From assembly GCF_036321535.1 (NCBI RefSeq), contig NC_087436.1:116128001-116192000 (forward strand): DNA of 64,000 nucleotides. The letters are read 5' to 3'. A program made the translations under genes and the position numbers. Every line of letters begins with the position of its first letter. The stretch's first letter is position 1. Below, piece after piece: positions 11,301-25,066 of the stretch. Origin of the DNA: Camelus dromedarius (taxonomy: Eukaryota). The notes beneath the pieces are model-generated. The model was not told the origin of the DNA and searched no databases. It saw only the letters and a program-made list of their open reading frames with translations.

Positions 11301-13597
11301 CAAGTGGCCAGGAATCTCCAAGTTCAGTCTCTGACTCAACATAACCAAAGTCAGGTTTCCTTGTCCGACATAAAAGATGTTAGGGTGTTGGGGGTTTGGA
11401 CCCTTGATTATATTCTGGGAGTTGCTATGGCTGATAAATTTCTAATAACAGACTATACTCTTAATTTTAATGAAATCAACTATCGATCATGTTCACTGCG
11501 TGTCCACCTGCTGCCAGGCACTGGATTAGGTGCTTGAATATATGAACCAGTAAAACCAACCAAGGGCCAGTCCTCAGGGAAGCTGTGGACCAGCGTGGAG
11601 GACGTTAACAAATGACCACCAAGGAGTCGACGGCGAACATGAGTGAGGAGGGTGGGAAGGATGTTGCAACTACTGAGTTTTGACCCTTGAGCACTTTTTT
11701 AATTGGGCATCTGATATGTACCAGGAACTGTTTAGGTCTGTGCTTCTCAACCTCTTTGAAGCCTGTACCCCATCATCAGTGGAGAGTTTTTTAAACTTTA
11801 ATTTTTTTTTTTTTTTACCTAGCCATGACATTTTGTATTATGACCAAATTTCATTAATTTCTTTTTGTATCACAAAAATGAACTATTTAAAAAGTCTGTT
11901 CTAAGCATGAAAAGTACTTGTGCCCTTTGAAACTCTCATACCCCCTCTCCCAAGTCAGCCCCACGTTTGATAGTGACTGTTCAGGGCAGTTGTGCAGAAG
12001 ATTAAAAAATAGTGCTTGTTCTTGATGAACTTAAAGCTTAGTATGGTGATCAGATAAATCAGCGATTTTTTGCATATGAGGTGAGAAACGCATCCTACGT
12101 GGGCCTTTGCCGGTCATCAGGTCACATTGTCTTTGAGAAAACCTTCCCTCCAATCACCCTATTTATTTCTTCCATTGCAACAGTCTCTTCCATAGCCGCA
12201 GTGATTATCTGGAGTCACCTTGTTACTTGGTTGGCTCACTACCTCTCACTCCCCCGGCAGACTGCGCCCTGGGTGTGCAGGCACCTGCAGGTGCGGGCTT
12301 GTTTCTCCCGTCCCGAGCAGCGTGTCTGGTTCCAAGTAGTTGCTCAGAAAAGAAACAAGAGGCAACATTTCTGTCTGGGGAATTAGGAACGGCTTCAAGG
12401 GGAAAGAGATACTTGAGGAAGGAGAGAGGCTTGGAGACAAAAAGCCAAAGAATGATCATACAAGGGTCAAAATACGGCCCCACCCCTAGGTGAGACCTCA
12501 GTGGTCCATTATAGGGGTTCCCAATGCTGTCAGCCCAGGTGAGTAAGTGACATGTTAAACACAAAACCTTTCCTGACTAGATCCTGTCGGCGCAAAAGTA
12601 TTTGGGCATAAAAAGAATGGAAACAATTAAAAAAGAATTTTAAAATGAAAAAAAAAAAGAGAGAGAAGAATGAAAACAATAACTCTATACTTCCATCTAG
12701 TACACGAATATCCACTGTCTCGTTTTCCTCCTGTGCCCAGTCCTTCAAGGGAGACAGGGAGCTCTTAGCATCTTCAATTTATATTTAAGGGAACTGAGAT
12801 CCAGAAGTGAAGCGGTTAGATCTCAGATCCTCAGAGCGAAGGCAGCAGACCCCGGATCCACGGTGGTCGTGACACTCCACCTGCAGTGAGCAGCTGGCTC
12901 AAGGTGGAGATGGTTCAATCCCTGGAGGACGGAGCAGCCCACCTTTTCATAAGCTGAGAACTATATTTAGATTCAAAACGTTCATGCCTCCTTTTATCCG
13001 TTCAGAACTTCCATTTCAGCGCTTTCCGAGATGCGTTTTGTGTCTTGCTGAATTTCCCGGAGAATTCCTGTGAATTAGGCCAGCCTGCAGTAGGGTGTTT
13101 TATGTAAATGTCTTCACTCCTTAGGAGAGTAAATCAGAGTCCTGTCTCAGCAGTTCAAATGCAGTGGGAGAAAGGTGTTTGCAGATGCAGCTGGAGTGAA
13201 AAGGCACTCTCTTCTTGCTGTGCTCAGAAAAATGAACACTTGAGGGGCCTGGACTGAAAGCAGGCTCGCTCCTGCTCTGGAAAACTCACCTGCACTTGAT
13301 TTAAATGACATCTGAAACCCAGTTTTTCCCAGTGTCCCGGACAGGAGGGAGGGAGAAGCTGTCAATGACAGATTTCTAGAATTATATGCTGGAGTTATTC
13401 TTGGGGTGGAAAGAGCATGGCTTTTGAAGTCACATCTGTTTGAACTTCTGATCTCCTGCCTTACTGATTGTATCATCCTGAGAAATAAAACAGTTTTTCT
13501 GGGGCTCGGATTTTTCAACATTCTAATGAGGATTAAAGGAGATTGCTAATTTAAAACACCAAGCATAATGCTCAAGAAAACTTATATTCTTCTTGTG

Positions 13598-13772
13598 CAG
13601 AGTGCCCGGATTTTACAAACAGAAATAAGGACACTCCGTTAAATTTGAACTCCAGATAAATAACACATAATGTGTCAGTCTAGGTGTACATCCCAGATAC
13701 TCAATATTTAGACATGATTCATTGTTTTTCCTGAGACTTAAATGTAACTGGAAGTCCTATATTTTATTAAAA
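13598..13772. mobile_element. MER53-like hAT MITE (imperfect palindrome)
   Basis: gttaaatttgaactccagataaataac...cattgtttttcctgagacttaaatgtaactggaagtcctatatttta resembles the self-complementary MER53 consensus. Confidence 0.65.
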
Positions 13773-14629
13773 CATCTCTATTCTTGTGATGACAGTTCTG
13801 GGTGATGCCTTTGGTGAAAAGGCAGTTAAAGAGGGGAGAGTGTGGTGATTTGGAGGCAAAATGACTTAGCCAGGCTATGGGCCAAGGAGAAAATGTGTCT
13901 GGTCTCTGATGAGCTAAGCAACACATCACCCCAAGCAACAGATCAAACCAAAGCATGCTTACTTGTTTGCTAAAAGAAGTGTGGACCAAGCCAGGTCTCT
14001 CAGGGTGTTTAATAAGCAGGTCTGTTCCTCTCCCGTGCACACACAAGATTATTCCCAACACCCGTTGGGAAGAAGGCATTTCAACCCCGTGAGGCCACCT
14101 GGGGAGAGCGTCCAGTCCACTAACACAGCACGTCATTCAAACAAATATTGCTCCGAGCTTGTTACTGTAGGGCTGGAATTGAAACAACCAGGCTCATACA
14201 AGGGCTCCACTGAGCACGCTGAAGGGACACTTTGTGCTTTGAGGACTCACACGTGTAATTTCTCCCTCATCAGAAGAATCCAAAGCTAATAAAACAGTGA
14301 GAGGCCCTTTCAGACTCACTCCTCCCGAGTAGGTGACCTCGGGTTATAAACTGAGCCAAGCTCTCCCCAGGACTGCTGGAATGAATATATTGTTCTGAGG
14401 ATGGCTATGAAAACGTTGTGTTTCCATGTCAGATAATACCCTGGCGGGGAGCTAACGAAGCAAGACTCTGGTCGCGGGCCGGCTTTCTCAAGCAGAGCTT
14501 TATGCTTTCTTCAGCAGTGAAATATTACTCACGCCAAAAGAATCCCTTTCTGTTGCATCTAACTCCTCACTTAACCTGGGCTGCTTCCTAGCAGTGTGTT
14601 TATGTGGAATGTGGACCAGAAAGGGAAAA

Positions 14630-14870
14630 CAGGGTGGTGGTTGAGCATGTAGCCTTAATTAACCAGAGAGATCCGGTTAGATCCGCTGTGTTTCTTCTCA
14701 GCCACGCAATAGGAGGCGAGTTAGTTCTCATCTTTAAGCCTCAGTCTCCACCTCTTCAAAATGGGTGTAATTAAAATTTATAGCAGAGGATTGCTTAGTG
14801 CACATCAAACCAAGTAAGCATTTACACAGTGTTTGGCTCATAGTCAGCATTTTTTTTTTAAAGTGCTTAA
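14630..14870. mobile_element. MIR SINE
   Basis: MIR core: aagcctcagtctccacctcttcaaaatgggtgtaat...aagcatttacacagtgtttggctcatag. Confidence 0.65.
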
Positions 14871-15967
14871 TAGCTCCACTGAGTTCACTGAAGAGATACT
14901 TTGTGCTTTGAAAACTTCTTAATATGAGATGACAAAAGAAAGCAGTGTAGACCTCTAGATTGCAAAGTCGGTGTCATGTCACAGAGACCATGGACTGAGT
15001 CTTTGCATCATATTCATGGGAGACTGTCTAAGTCCTTTGCCCTTTGTTTCTCTAGTCTTAATTTATAGAATTCAAGCAAACCTTATTCTTAGTATTTCAT
15101 TTTTTGGATCAACAGATTAGAAGCATCAGTGCGGACAAGGTATGGCAGGAGTGTTAGGGGAAGACAGGGACAAAATACAGAGAGAAAGGGAGGGCGAGAG
15201 AGAACCAGAGAAGAGAGAGGACAGAGGAGAAGACAGGACAGGAAACCATTAGAAGCAGCGGAGGATTCAAAGAACGGGCAAGAGTCCCTGACTAAATCTG
15301 GACTGGGTCATTTAAGTAAATGGCATGCCCTCTCCCCCTCCCAAGGCTTCTCAGGACCCTGACTTAATGCCCATGGCCCTGAGGGAAGAATGCAAAAACT
15401 GTTATGGTGAAACTGGAAAGAATACGGAATGTAATAGAAACAGGGAGCTCCGGCCTTTCTCCCTGTCCTATGACAGCACAAAGTCCTGGATGAAAACTGG
15501 AGACAAGAGAACCCAGTGCCATCTGGTGATGGCACCAGCCATGGCGCCCCTCTTGCCATGAAGGGGCTTGTTATTTGTGTTGGGTTTTATATTTCCATTC
15601 ATTAAATGAGGGGCCTTCTTAAAGATGAGTTTCAGGGTGGCACCTCTCCTGCCCCAATTTCTCTCTGGGAAGGTCCCCTCCCTCCTGCTCTCTCAGCCCC
15701 ATCTACACACGCATCACAGGAACTGACCTTTTCTGGGGGGACGGGTGCCTCCTCCTCAGACCTTCGGCGAGTGGGGAGCCCCTTCAGGGCCAGAGCACTT
15801 CGGAGTTCACAGCACAGGAGAATGGCTCCAGCTCCAGAAGGCAGTGTATTACTTGAGGTATCTGACTTGAGGCGGGAAATGAGTTTGTTTTTCTGAATCT
15901 CAATTGCCTCACTTGCTAAGTGGAGTTATACTTCCCCACGGAAATTTTGTTTCAAAAAATCACATTT

Positions 15968-16433
15968 TTTTAATTTTAACTTTTTTTAAACTTTAAATGT
16001 TTTTTATTATGAAGGTATAGTTGATTCACAATGTTGTGTTAATTTCTGGTGTACATTATAATAATTCCATTATACATACATCCTTTCATATGATTTTTTA
16101 TTATAGGCTATTGTAAGATATTGAATATAGTTCCCTGCGCTATACAGTTGGACCTGTTGTTTATTTTATATATAGTAGTTAGAATCTGCAAATCCTGAAC
16201 TCCCAATTTATCCTTCCACCTCCCTTTCCCCTCTGGGTAACCATAAGTTTGTTTTCCGTGTCTGTGAGTCTGTCTCTGTTTTGTAAATAAGTTCACTTGT
16301 GCCTTTTTTTAGATTCCACATATAAATGTTATCATATGGTATTTCTCTTTCTCTTGCTGGCTTACTTCACTTAGTGTGACGATCTCCAGGTCCGTCTCTG
16401 TTGCTGCAAATGGTGTTATTTAATTATTTTTGT
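15968..16433 (-). mobile_element. 5'-truncated young L1 3' end (artiodactyl type) inserted in a MIR
   Basis: T-rich tail, then atagttgattcacaatgttgtgttaatttctggtgtaca...ttagattccacatataa...ttgctgcaaatgg. Flanked by a 9-bp TSD ATCACATTT (15959-15967 and 16434-16442). Confidence 0.88.
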
Positions 16434-19400
16434 ATCACATTTGATAACACATGTAAAACACTGATTTGAGGATCTGTTACTAAGTATCTCTAATGCCGCA
16501 CTCTGTAGTGATTGTTAGCTTTTCTTGCTGGCTAGCCTGACTTTGTGAGAGAAGCAGATAAAAGGTGTCATTAAGGGTCTAGCTGTGTGTCGCCTTCCAG
16601 TCCACCTCCTCCTTCTGCCGATCCCCGTCCCCCTGGTAAGAGGACCACGGTGCCCCCGGCAGCCTCCTTCATCACCCTGCTCTAACACAGGAAGAGAGCA
16701 ATGCTAGGAAACCGTCTTCTTTTAATCAGGGGAGGAAACCCTTCTCAAAAGCCTACAGAGAATTCCTCTGTAGGTCCCATCAGCCAAAAACATGGTCACA
16801 TGCCCACAGGCCAGAATTCCAGAAGAAACTGAGGCCACCCGTGGAAGAGGACCATTAACTGAATACGCTAATCCTGAGCAGGTCCCTCTTGTCTTTGAAC
16901 AACTATTACGTTTATGTTTGTATCTTGCAGTTGGTGATGGGTTCTGCCAAGATTTATAATGCCTCTTTCATTGCTGTCTTCAGCTAAAATGCGAATCTTG
17001 TCTTCTTCTGGCTTTGCTTTTCTTTCCATCCCCAGCTCCATAACTTTTACAACCATTTGCCGTCTGCAGTATTTCTCTATGTTGATTTCTCTAGCTCTGA
17101 CCTGAGCAGTCTTTGCAAAAGAGAAACATCATCAGGTCCCTGCCCTGTCCCCTGATGCAAATGTCCTATAGACCCCTATTATTTGCAATGTTAGTGTTTA
17201 CATGCAGGACTCCTAAATGCAGAAGCGATCTGGGCCCAGCCACATCTGTTCATCACGGTATCCCTTTGGGCAAGGTAATCAACTCCCTAAACCTTACATA
17301 CTCGTTGTAATTTTTAATTATGTATTTTTTCATACACTTATTTATTTAATGTTTAATCTGTTCTAGTAGATGGAATTGTAGAAAGATGGAGGCTGTGTCT
17401 GGACCCCTCAGACCTGGATCAATTCTGAACCAGTGCCTGGCAGGCAGTTGGCACCCAAGAAATAATTGTTGAATTAAGAAAACTAAGGACCGCAACATAT
17501 TCTGTTTTATAGATTTGTCAGGATTAAATGTGGTGATGCAGACAGAGCATTTAATGCACATGGCGGTTGCACAGAACCTAGCTTTTCTTTTGCTGTTTTT
17601 TTTTTTTTTTTAATATAGTACAAGTGACGATGCAATTCAAGTCCTGATCTTTCACGACTCATCCTTCGCCATCCTTTGTTCTGTACACACACCTTGTGTT
17701 CCAACTGTAGGGCTGCCCACTGTCCCCCAGATAAATCAGGAACCTGGACGCTCCCACCCTCAGCCCATGCTGTTTCCTCCGCCAGCCTCCTCGCTTTCTC
17801 ATTAGGCCCAGATTCTGTCTTTCCCTCAGGTCTGTACTGGATGCTCTCCCATCCCCCCACTGCATGGGGGCAGCCCGGTGGCTCTCTCTCTTCCAGGCAC
17901 GTAGTAGGGTTGCACTTTTCCTATCTGTAGGTCAGTGTGGCCCTGTGACTCGCTGCAGGCAGTGGATGGGAGGGGAAACGAAGGGCCAGCCCAGGCTCCG
18001 CATTTTCTCCTCCATCTGCACGGTGCCCTCACCGTCCAAGGCAGCCGGTGTCCTGTCTTTCTGAGTCTCCAAGAGCCTTGAGTGGATAGAGTCCTGCCAC
18101 CCACCTGGGTGTACACACGCATCCGAGGGGAGGAAGCACTGAGATGTGGGGTCTATCTGAGCCTCCCTAGCCAGCGGGGCAGGGTTTGCTCAGTCTTCCT
18201 GGAGTGCTCCGTTTGGCACAGAGACGTTGCTCTAATTGCTTGTGGTCTTGGCTGCATCCCTCGGGAAACAGCTGCCCCAGGAGAGCGGGATAAACCGCTG
18301 CTTTTAGAGATTTGCACCCACTGGTGCCTGGTCCACGGTCTCAGTGCGTGATTGCTCTGTGGAATGTGGATGTGCGTGGGGAGAAGGAAGGAAAACAGCC
18401 TCGGGTCACAGTGGCTGGGAGGGGAAGCACCATTATCTTACACAGAAATATCCATGTTTGAGAGAAGCCTGATGTGTCAGTTCAGATTTCTTGAGCTCTG
18501 ATGGGCAGCCATCCATGGTGGCCCACTAAGGAGTGAAAGTGACCCCAAAAAATGTCCTCTCGGTAAAGTCAGTGCCAGCCGGCTCTCTGTCCTTTCCTGA
18601 TCGCAGGCCACCCTGCGCGCGTCAGCCTTTCCCCGGCCTGGCAGGCCCCTGTTCCAGGGGTGGCTTTGCACTGTTTAGTCTTGAACGTGGCAGCTGCCTT
18701 GGCCTTGCTCTGATCGCAGCCACGCGTCCCCCTCCGCACAGATCCCAGCAGAAGTGGCAGAGGGCTCTGGGTTGGCACCGAGCCGTTGGTCAGGATGCGG
18801 GTTACACCGGCTGCGGCTCTGCTGATTTAAACAATCGCACATGTTCAGAATTGCCTTCACCTGCTGCCTTCTCTTCCTTAAGGAGGCCTTACTGTCCTTT
18901 GCAAAAGATGGGGCAAAGGCTAATTGTCTCACAATAGTTGTCCTTCAAACACGTTAGACTAAGAGCCACTTGGCGTTTTTCATTCTGCTGTTTTTTGTCA
19001 TCTCTCTCTCTCCACATCGCTCTCAATGCTCAAAACGTTCCACTTTCCCTGAAGAATGGTTTTTCTTGTCAATTTTTGGAAGTCATTTAGGAAGCCTAGT
19101 TGTTATAAAATCTACATTTTAATTGTGATTATTGTTCTTCTAATTTTGTCTTCTCTAACATCATCACGCTACTATTGATCGCATGACTATTCTCCAGCTC
19201 CTATGTTTGGAGGGTCTACCCTGTGTCAGGTGGGCCAAGGTGTTTTTCTTTAATATTACGTTTAATTTTCAAATTGGTAGGAAGCATCCCCTTTCTTTGG
19301 ATGAGAAAAATTACAACCCAGAGAGGCGCGTCGCTTTTCTGCGATCAAATAACTAAGCCAGGACTGAAACCCCAGCAGACGTCAACTCACTTGCTTTGAT

Positions 19401-20280
19401 CGTCCCACATTATTCTGTTTATTTCTCTATTTTTCTGTTTATATACTTTAGCCTCGAAGTCACTTAAAAAGTGTTAAACTTGGTTTTTGTCCTCATCAGA
19501 CCTCTGAATGTTTCTCGGGTGTTTTCCATGAAGCATGTCCCAAGCTTTCTCTTCCTGGCTCCCTTTAAGTTGCCAAAAGTGTCCATCCCAGAGCCTCCGC
19601 CATCTCACTCGGTTGGAAGTATTTATTTCCACACCCATCTTGCCCCTTCGACAGTGGGCTTCTGGGGGCTGAGGAGAGACCTAGCTCCTCCCCGTATCCC
19701 TGGGTGACGCCCGGAAGGGACCTGCTCTCAGGAGGCCTGGTGTCTGCGTCCCGAGCGAATGACATACACTCCTGAGTGGTGCCTGATGGAAGAGCAGGGG
19801 TAATACGTGGAAGGAGAAATCTTGAAATCTAATTTAGTGACTCGCATTATGAAATGTCTTGCCCCCTGTGACCCTAAACATTGGAAGAAAACTTGTCGAA
19901 AGCCAGAGCAGAAATTGCAGCTAAAAACACTTCATTTGAACCCTTGTTCTTTGGCCAAGCCCCTCCTTTCCCGTGGGACGGTGGCCCCGAGCGCTGGTTT
20001 GGGTCTGCTGCCTGCCTGGAGTACAAAGCCAGGCCTGTGTTTTCCCAGCAGCTGATGGGGAAGGAAAGTGGTGGTCAAAGGAGGAAAGCCAGGTGGCCCA
20101 GTGCCCACGGGGGCTACAGTCAGCTTTATTCTTTTGACACCTTTGGAAACTCGTCATCAAGGAAGCATCGCGTGGCAGGACCTCAAGGTGCGTGTTGGCC
20201 TCGCTAGTGTGTCAATGGCCTTCAGAGGGTGAGAGTCGCAGGACGTCTTGAAAACTTAGTTCACCATTGGAGCTTTCTCT

Positions 20281-20306
20281 CACACACACACACACACACA
20301 CACACA
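20281..20306. repeat. (CA)13 microsatellite
   Basis: Read directly from the sequence. Confidence 0.95.
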
Positions 20307-23057
20307 GATTTTATTCAGCAAATTCCTTTCAGAGTAGAGTAGGGAATCTCATGGGGAAACCCTACTGAAGTCCCATCCAATCCCACTGACCCCACCAGAT
20401 ACGGAGCAGTGTAGAGAGCCACATGCAGATGCCTGTGTCCCCCTCCCTCTTCCTTTGCTTCTTCCTTCTTGTTCACTAAGAGTTGGGGGAAGAAATACAG
20501 TATGGGGACATGATCATTCATTCCCACACCATTTTTCCTCTTTGATTTTGAGTCACACACACATTAAAAAAAAAAAAAAAGAACTATTTCTAAATGTAGC
20601 TCTGTTACAACTTTTCTCGCATCTTGACATGTGAATATGACCAAAATAACTTGGTGTGTGATGTATGTGTACCCGTGATTCTGTTGTCTACGAATCTCTC
20701 CGCACTGCTAATGGGCAGGGTACCCTTAGCCCTCTCTCAGTCCTAACCTTAGCACAATCATCACATAGTTTTGCCTCCTCTCCCTGCATTTGCCCCACAA
20801 CACACCCTGCACCCCTGCATGCACCCTTTTTCAAGGGAAGAAACAGGATGCCAACTGTATCTCCAATCTTCTAGTGCTGGATACACAGCCAGTGTATCTA
20901 GGTCTTGACTGAATGGTGGGTCCGCTGGGCAGGCTGATCTTTGGGTTTTCACTCATCCTACTACTCATCAAGCTCTTTGAAGAATAACCATATTATATTA
21001 ATAGTAATTAATTATGCATCTCCATTAATAAATGCATCTTCATTTCTTTAGGAAGAGGATGAATGTGATGTGTGGTGAGAACCAAGAGGCTGGACCCCTG
21101 TGGCAAGACTCTGTCCTTTTCTGTTGTCTTCAGCAATTCTGCTCACTCCCAAGCTTACATACCGCACTCACACAAGCAAAAGCTGTAGAGTCAACTGCCT
21201 CCATCCAGCCTCAGAGGTCGTGAAGCGGACCCTTTGGGGCTGAGTGCAGGGAAGTCTTATCCCACCACACACAACCCCTCTGCCCCCACCCCAACCTGAA
21301 GGGCTTGGTCTAATTGTATATTTTCTTATCACTGAGAAGCCTTTTATACAATGCTGCTTTTCTTCATTTGTAGTTTGGCCCAGCGATGACGAAGCATCCT
21401 TTATAGATGGTCCTCTAATCTAGCTGATCCATCTCTTAATCAGGTCCTAGTTCAGTGAATGTTTGGTAAACGAACACTGAATATGATTTGAATAGAACCA
21501 GAGTGGCAGGTAGGGGAGACCCTGCCCAAGAGTCAGTCTTTCCTGCTAGAAGCTGTCTTATTTTCCCTTATTAACAGAATCTCAGGAGTGTGGAAATTCC
21601 ACATATGTTGCCGGCTTTAACCCGTGAAATGTTAGATTGATGCCGGCCCAAATGGTAAAACTTTATTTTTAAGTGATTGCTTTGTTCAGAATTTTGGATA
21701 ATAGTATCTTGCCATGTTTCTTAATTCTCTAAAGCCTTCACTTTTTAGCTATAAGAAGGCAGATGGTCTTAGAATTTATGGTCTGATTATTTCCTTTTGT
21801 AAACGAGGCTTAGAATATTTCTGCGTCTTGATCGAGGTCATACAAAAGTCAGGGCAGAATCTGGGACTAGACTCCGGGTCCCAACTCCCAGCCCAGCACC
21901 CTGTTCACTCTTGTGCATTGGTCCCTTCAAGCAAAGACGACTTGGTGGAGATGCACTTTATATGCCTGAAGTCATGGCATTGGCAGTTTTGATTACCTGA
22001 ATACGACCTTTCTCAGCCACTGCAGTGGAAAACAGGGATCCGACAGTGTTGGTGATAATATTCAGTGAGGGTGTCCTATTTGCCAGGCCCTCTTCTTAGT
22101 GCTTCGTGGAGTAATACTCCTTTAATACTCATGACAATCCTACAGAATTAATACTGTTACCATCCCTACATTTCAGGTTAAAAAAAAAACAAGAAAACAA
22201 TGAAGCACACAGGGGTCACATGACTTGCTCTTGGTCCCAAAGAGGAAGTAAGGGATAGAGTGCAATTCAAACTCACCCCTTTAACCACCCGCCTCCCACC
22301 TCTGAGCTCTTGTAATAATTCATCCTGAGGATTCCTGAGTGTCTCCCCCCAGATGCCAGATTGTTTCAAATATGTTATTTAAGCAATAATAATTAACAAA
22401 AATTTTAAAAATATGCAATATAAATCACTTTGCGTCAACATTCAGAAAGAATAAATGATCAGTCTGGTGATGATTGAACGTCCTGTATAGAATTATATTT
22501 CATCTAATGATAATTGAATTTGTAACAAGGTAACATGAGATCACAGAGAAGGCTGTGTTGAGTGCAAGATCTAGGTGCTGTTCTGGACAGATTAAAGATT
22601 TCAAGACGACTGAGATAATAAGGCAGGTGTTTCCTACTTAAGGTAAATGCATTATAGATAAGTTAAAGCTTGAATCAGAGGCAAATGAGACACTAATTCA
22701 TTTTGTAAAGCCTATAGCTTAAGAAAAAGGGAATACTGAACTTGAACAGTGTTTCAAAAATTTTGTTAAAGTAAGGGATGAACAGAAATCACAGCCGTGT
22801 GTGTATGTGTGAGGGATGAAGGAAAGTCATTCACTGTTGCTTTATTTAGTGCTATCACAGGAGCAGCAGCAATTTAATTCGGAAAAGGGAAAAAAAATAC
22901 GGACAGTACAAACTCAAACCCAGCTGTGGTGCCATGCTTTACCTCCGTCCACGCCTGCCTCCGCCTCAGGGGCTTGCAGGCAGGGATGCCAGTCCTCGCT
23001 CCGCCCCGGTATGTTTCACAGTGCAGGTCAGTCCTAAGCGCTCACGTTACTGTCTGC

Positions 23058-23601
23058 TTTTTTAATTTAACTACAGTTAATTTACAATGTTGTGTTAGTT
23101 TCTAGTGTATAACATATTGATTCAGCTATGCATATATATTCTTTTCCACATTCTATAGAATTATAGGTTATTGCAAGATATTCAAGTTTCCTGTGCTAGA
23201 GAGTAGGACCTTGTAGACGGTTGGATAAAGATGTGATGTATATATATAAATACATATATATACACACACATACATACATACATATATATGTGTGTTTGTA
23301 TGTATACAATGTAATACTACTCAGCCATAAAAAGAATGAAATGATACCATTTGTAGCAACATGGGTGAATCTTGAGATTATCCTACTAAGTGAAATTAAG
23401 TCAGACAAAGACAGATATCATATGATATCACTTACATGTGGAATCTAAAAAAAAAATGGCACAAGTGAACTTATTTACAAAACAGAAACAGACTCATAGA
23501 CAGAAAACAAACTTATGGTTTGGGGGAAAAAGGGAGGAGAGAGGAATAAATTAGGAGTTTGGGATTTGCAGATACTAACTACTATATAAAAAATAGGTTA
23601 A
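23058..23601 (-). mobile_element. L1 3' end with a 5' inversion (twin priming), containing an internal (TA/CA)n microsatellite
   Basis: 23058-23214 is the antisense L1 terminus. 23215-23601 is the adjoining upstream L1 sequence in sense orientation (ORF2 tail KKNEMIPFVATWVNLEIILLSEI plus 3' UTR). Confidence 0.85.
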
Positions 23602-24689
23602 CTGTTTTTAAATGATTACCTTAAACCAAGAACACTCATATCCAAAAGAAAAGACAAAACCAAGCTCTTGGACCAAAAGTGAGCAGTAGTTTCCAAGATT
23701 TTCCATGAGCTTATCCCGCTTGGAGTCTGCAGGTGGCGTTACTGGGATTCAAGCTCGGGACCTTATGCTTTGTCCCCTTTGTCCCACTGCCATAGAGCTT
23801 TCCCTTCCGCTGTGTTTCTGAATCTCAGGTTGTGGCCCCTGCCAGCTCCTGCAGCCTCCTAGCTGCCACCTTCCCCTACAGACTGTACCTCCATACCACC
23901 GCCAGCACCAGCAGTCCCCATGCCACACCTCCAGCCCTGATGCTGCTGCAAACTCTACCTGGGGTGATTGCCCCTGGGGGACTTCCTGCCAAGCCACTCC
24001 CAAGCCTCCTCCCAGATTATGCCTGGCCATTGATTGCTTTTCAGTGGGATGAACAGGGCCCTCCCCCGTCTTCTGCCTGTGCAACCTCTCTCCTCTGGGC
24101 TCTGGTGCAGTTGTGCCTGATCCCTGCTCACACTGAGCATGGTTAATAGGTTTCCTTGCACAAGTATCTCCGACTTTACAGGGTGCTCTAAGGACAGTGA
24201 CTGGGCTATTTCTGTGTCCCGGGGAGCTTAGCACAAACTTAGAAACATGGTAGGTGCCTTGTCCAAGTCTGAGTGATCACCTGTGGGCGAAGAATGGACC
24301 TGACACGTCAGTCTTTGCAGATTTGCCTTCCAGTCTTTTCTCTTTTTCTCACTTCACTTGGCAACTAGTATCCATTTATTACACTCATAAAATAAAAATC
24401 AGGAGTTTTCGCAGAAGTCTCCATAGTTGAATCTGGAAAATGCAAAGATCAGACAGCCCCGGTCCCTCGTCTCCGGCAGCACCTGCCGGAGTTGGCAGCA
24501 GCTGGCTTTTTAGACAGACCACATATGCACAGGGCTGCTCACTGTGGTCCCAGCCGGCCGTCCGGCTTCCTAGGCTGATGTCACCTGCCTGGATCCAGGA
24601 GACCGTTGTGTGCTACCCCTGGGAAGACTTACAGCAGTGGAAGCAATTCCAGGCAGGTTCTTTTTCTTTACTGTTTCTTCTGAGGGCTG

Positions 24690-25066
24690 TGTATTGGTCT
24701 ACTGGGGCAGCTGTACAAAATGCCATAGACAGGGTGACTTAATCAACAGCAAATATTCGTTTTTCTCAACTCTTGAGCCTGGGGTGTCCAAGATCAAGAT
24801 GCCAGTGGATTCACTTCCTGGTGAGAGTTCTCTCCTGATTGTAGATGGTTGCCATCTCCTCCTGTGTTCACGTGGCAGAAGAGAGTTCTAATCTCTCTTC
24901 CTCTCTTCCTAAGGACACTAATCCATTGTCAGTCTTATCCTCATGACTTCATCTAAATCTGATTACCTTCCAAAGGCCCCATCTCCAAATATCCACCCAC
25001 TGAGGATAAGGGCTTCAGCATATGGAATCTGCGGGCGGGGGTGGCGGACAAAATTCAGTCCATCCA
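24690..25066 (-). mobile_element. MaLR solo LTR (MLT1A-like)
   Basis: tgtattggtc...tccaagatcaagatgccag...cctcatgacttcatctaaatctgattaccttccaaaggccccatctccaaat...aaattcagtccatcca. Confidence 0.8.

Noticed and set aside
12536..12548. Overlapping strong donor motifs CAG|GTGAGTAAGT
   Set aside because: I found no convincing upstream acceptor at exon distance, and isolated donors are common in long introns.
16752..16774. Perfect 9-bp hairpin CCTACAGAG-aattc-CTCTGTAGG
   Set aside because: Short, lies in degenerate LTR-like sequence, and is compatible with chance. Too small for a pre-miRNA.
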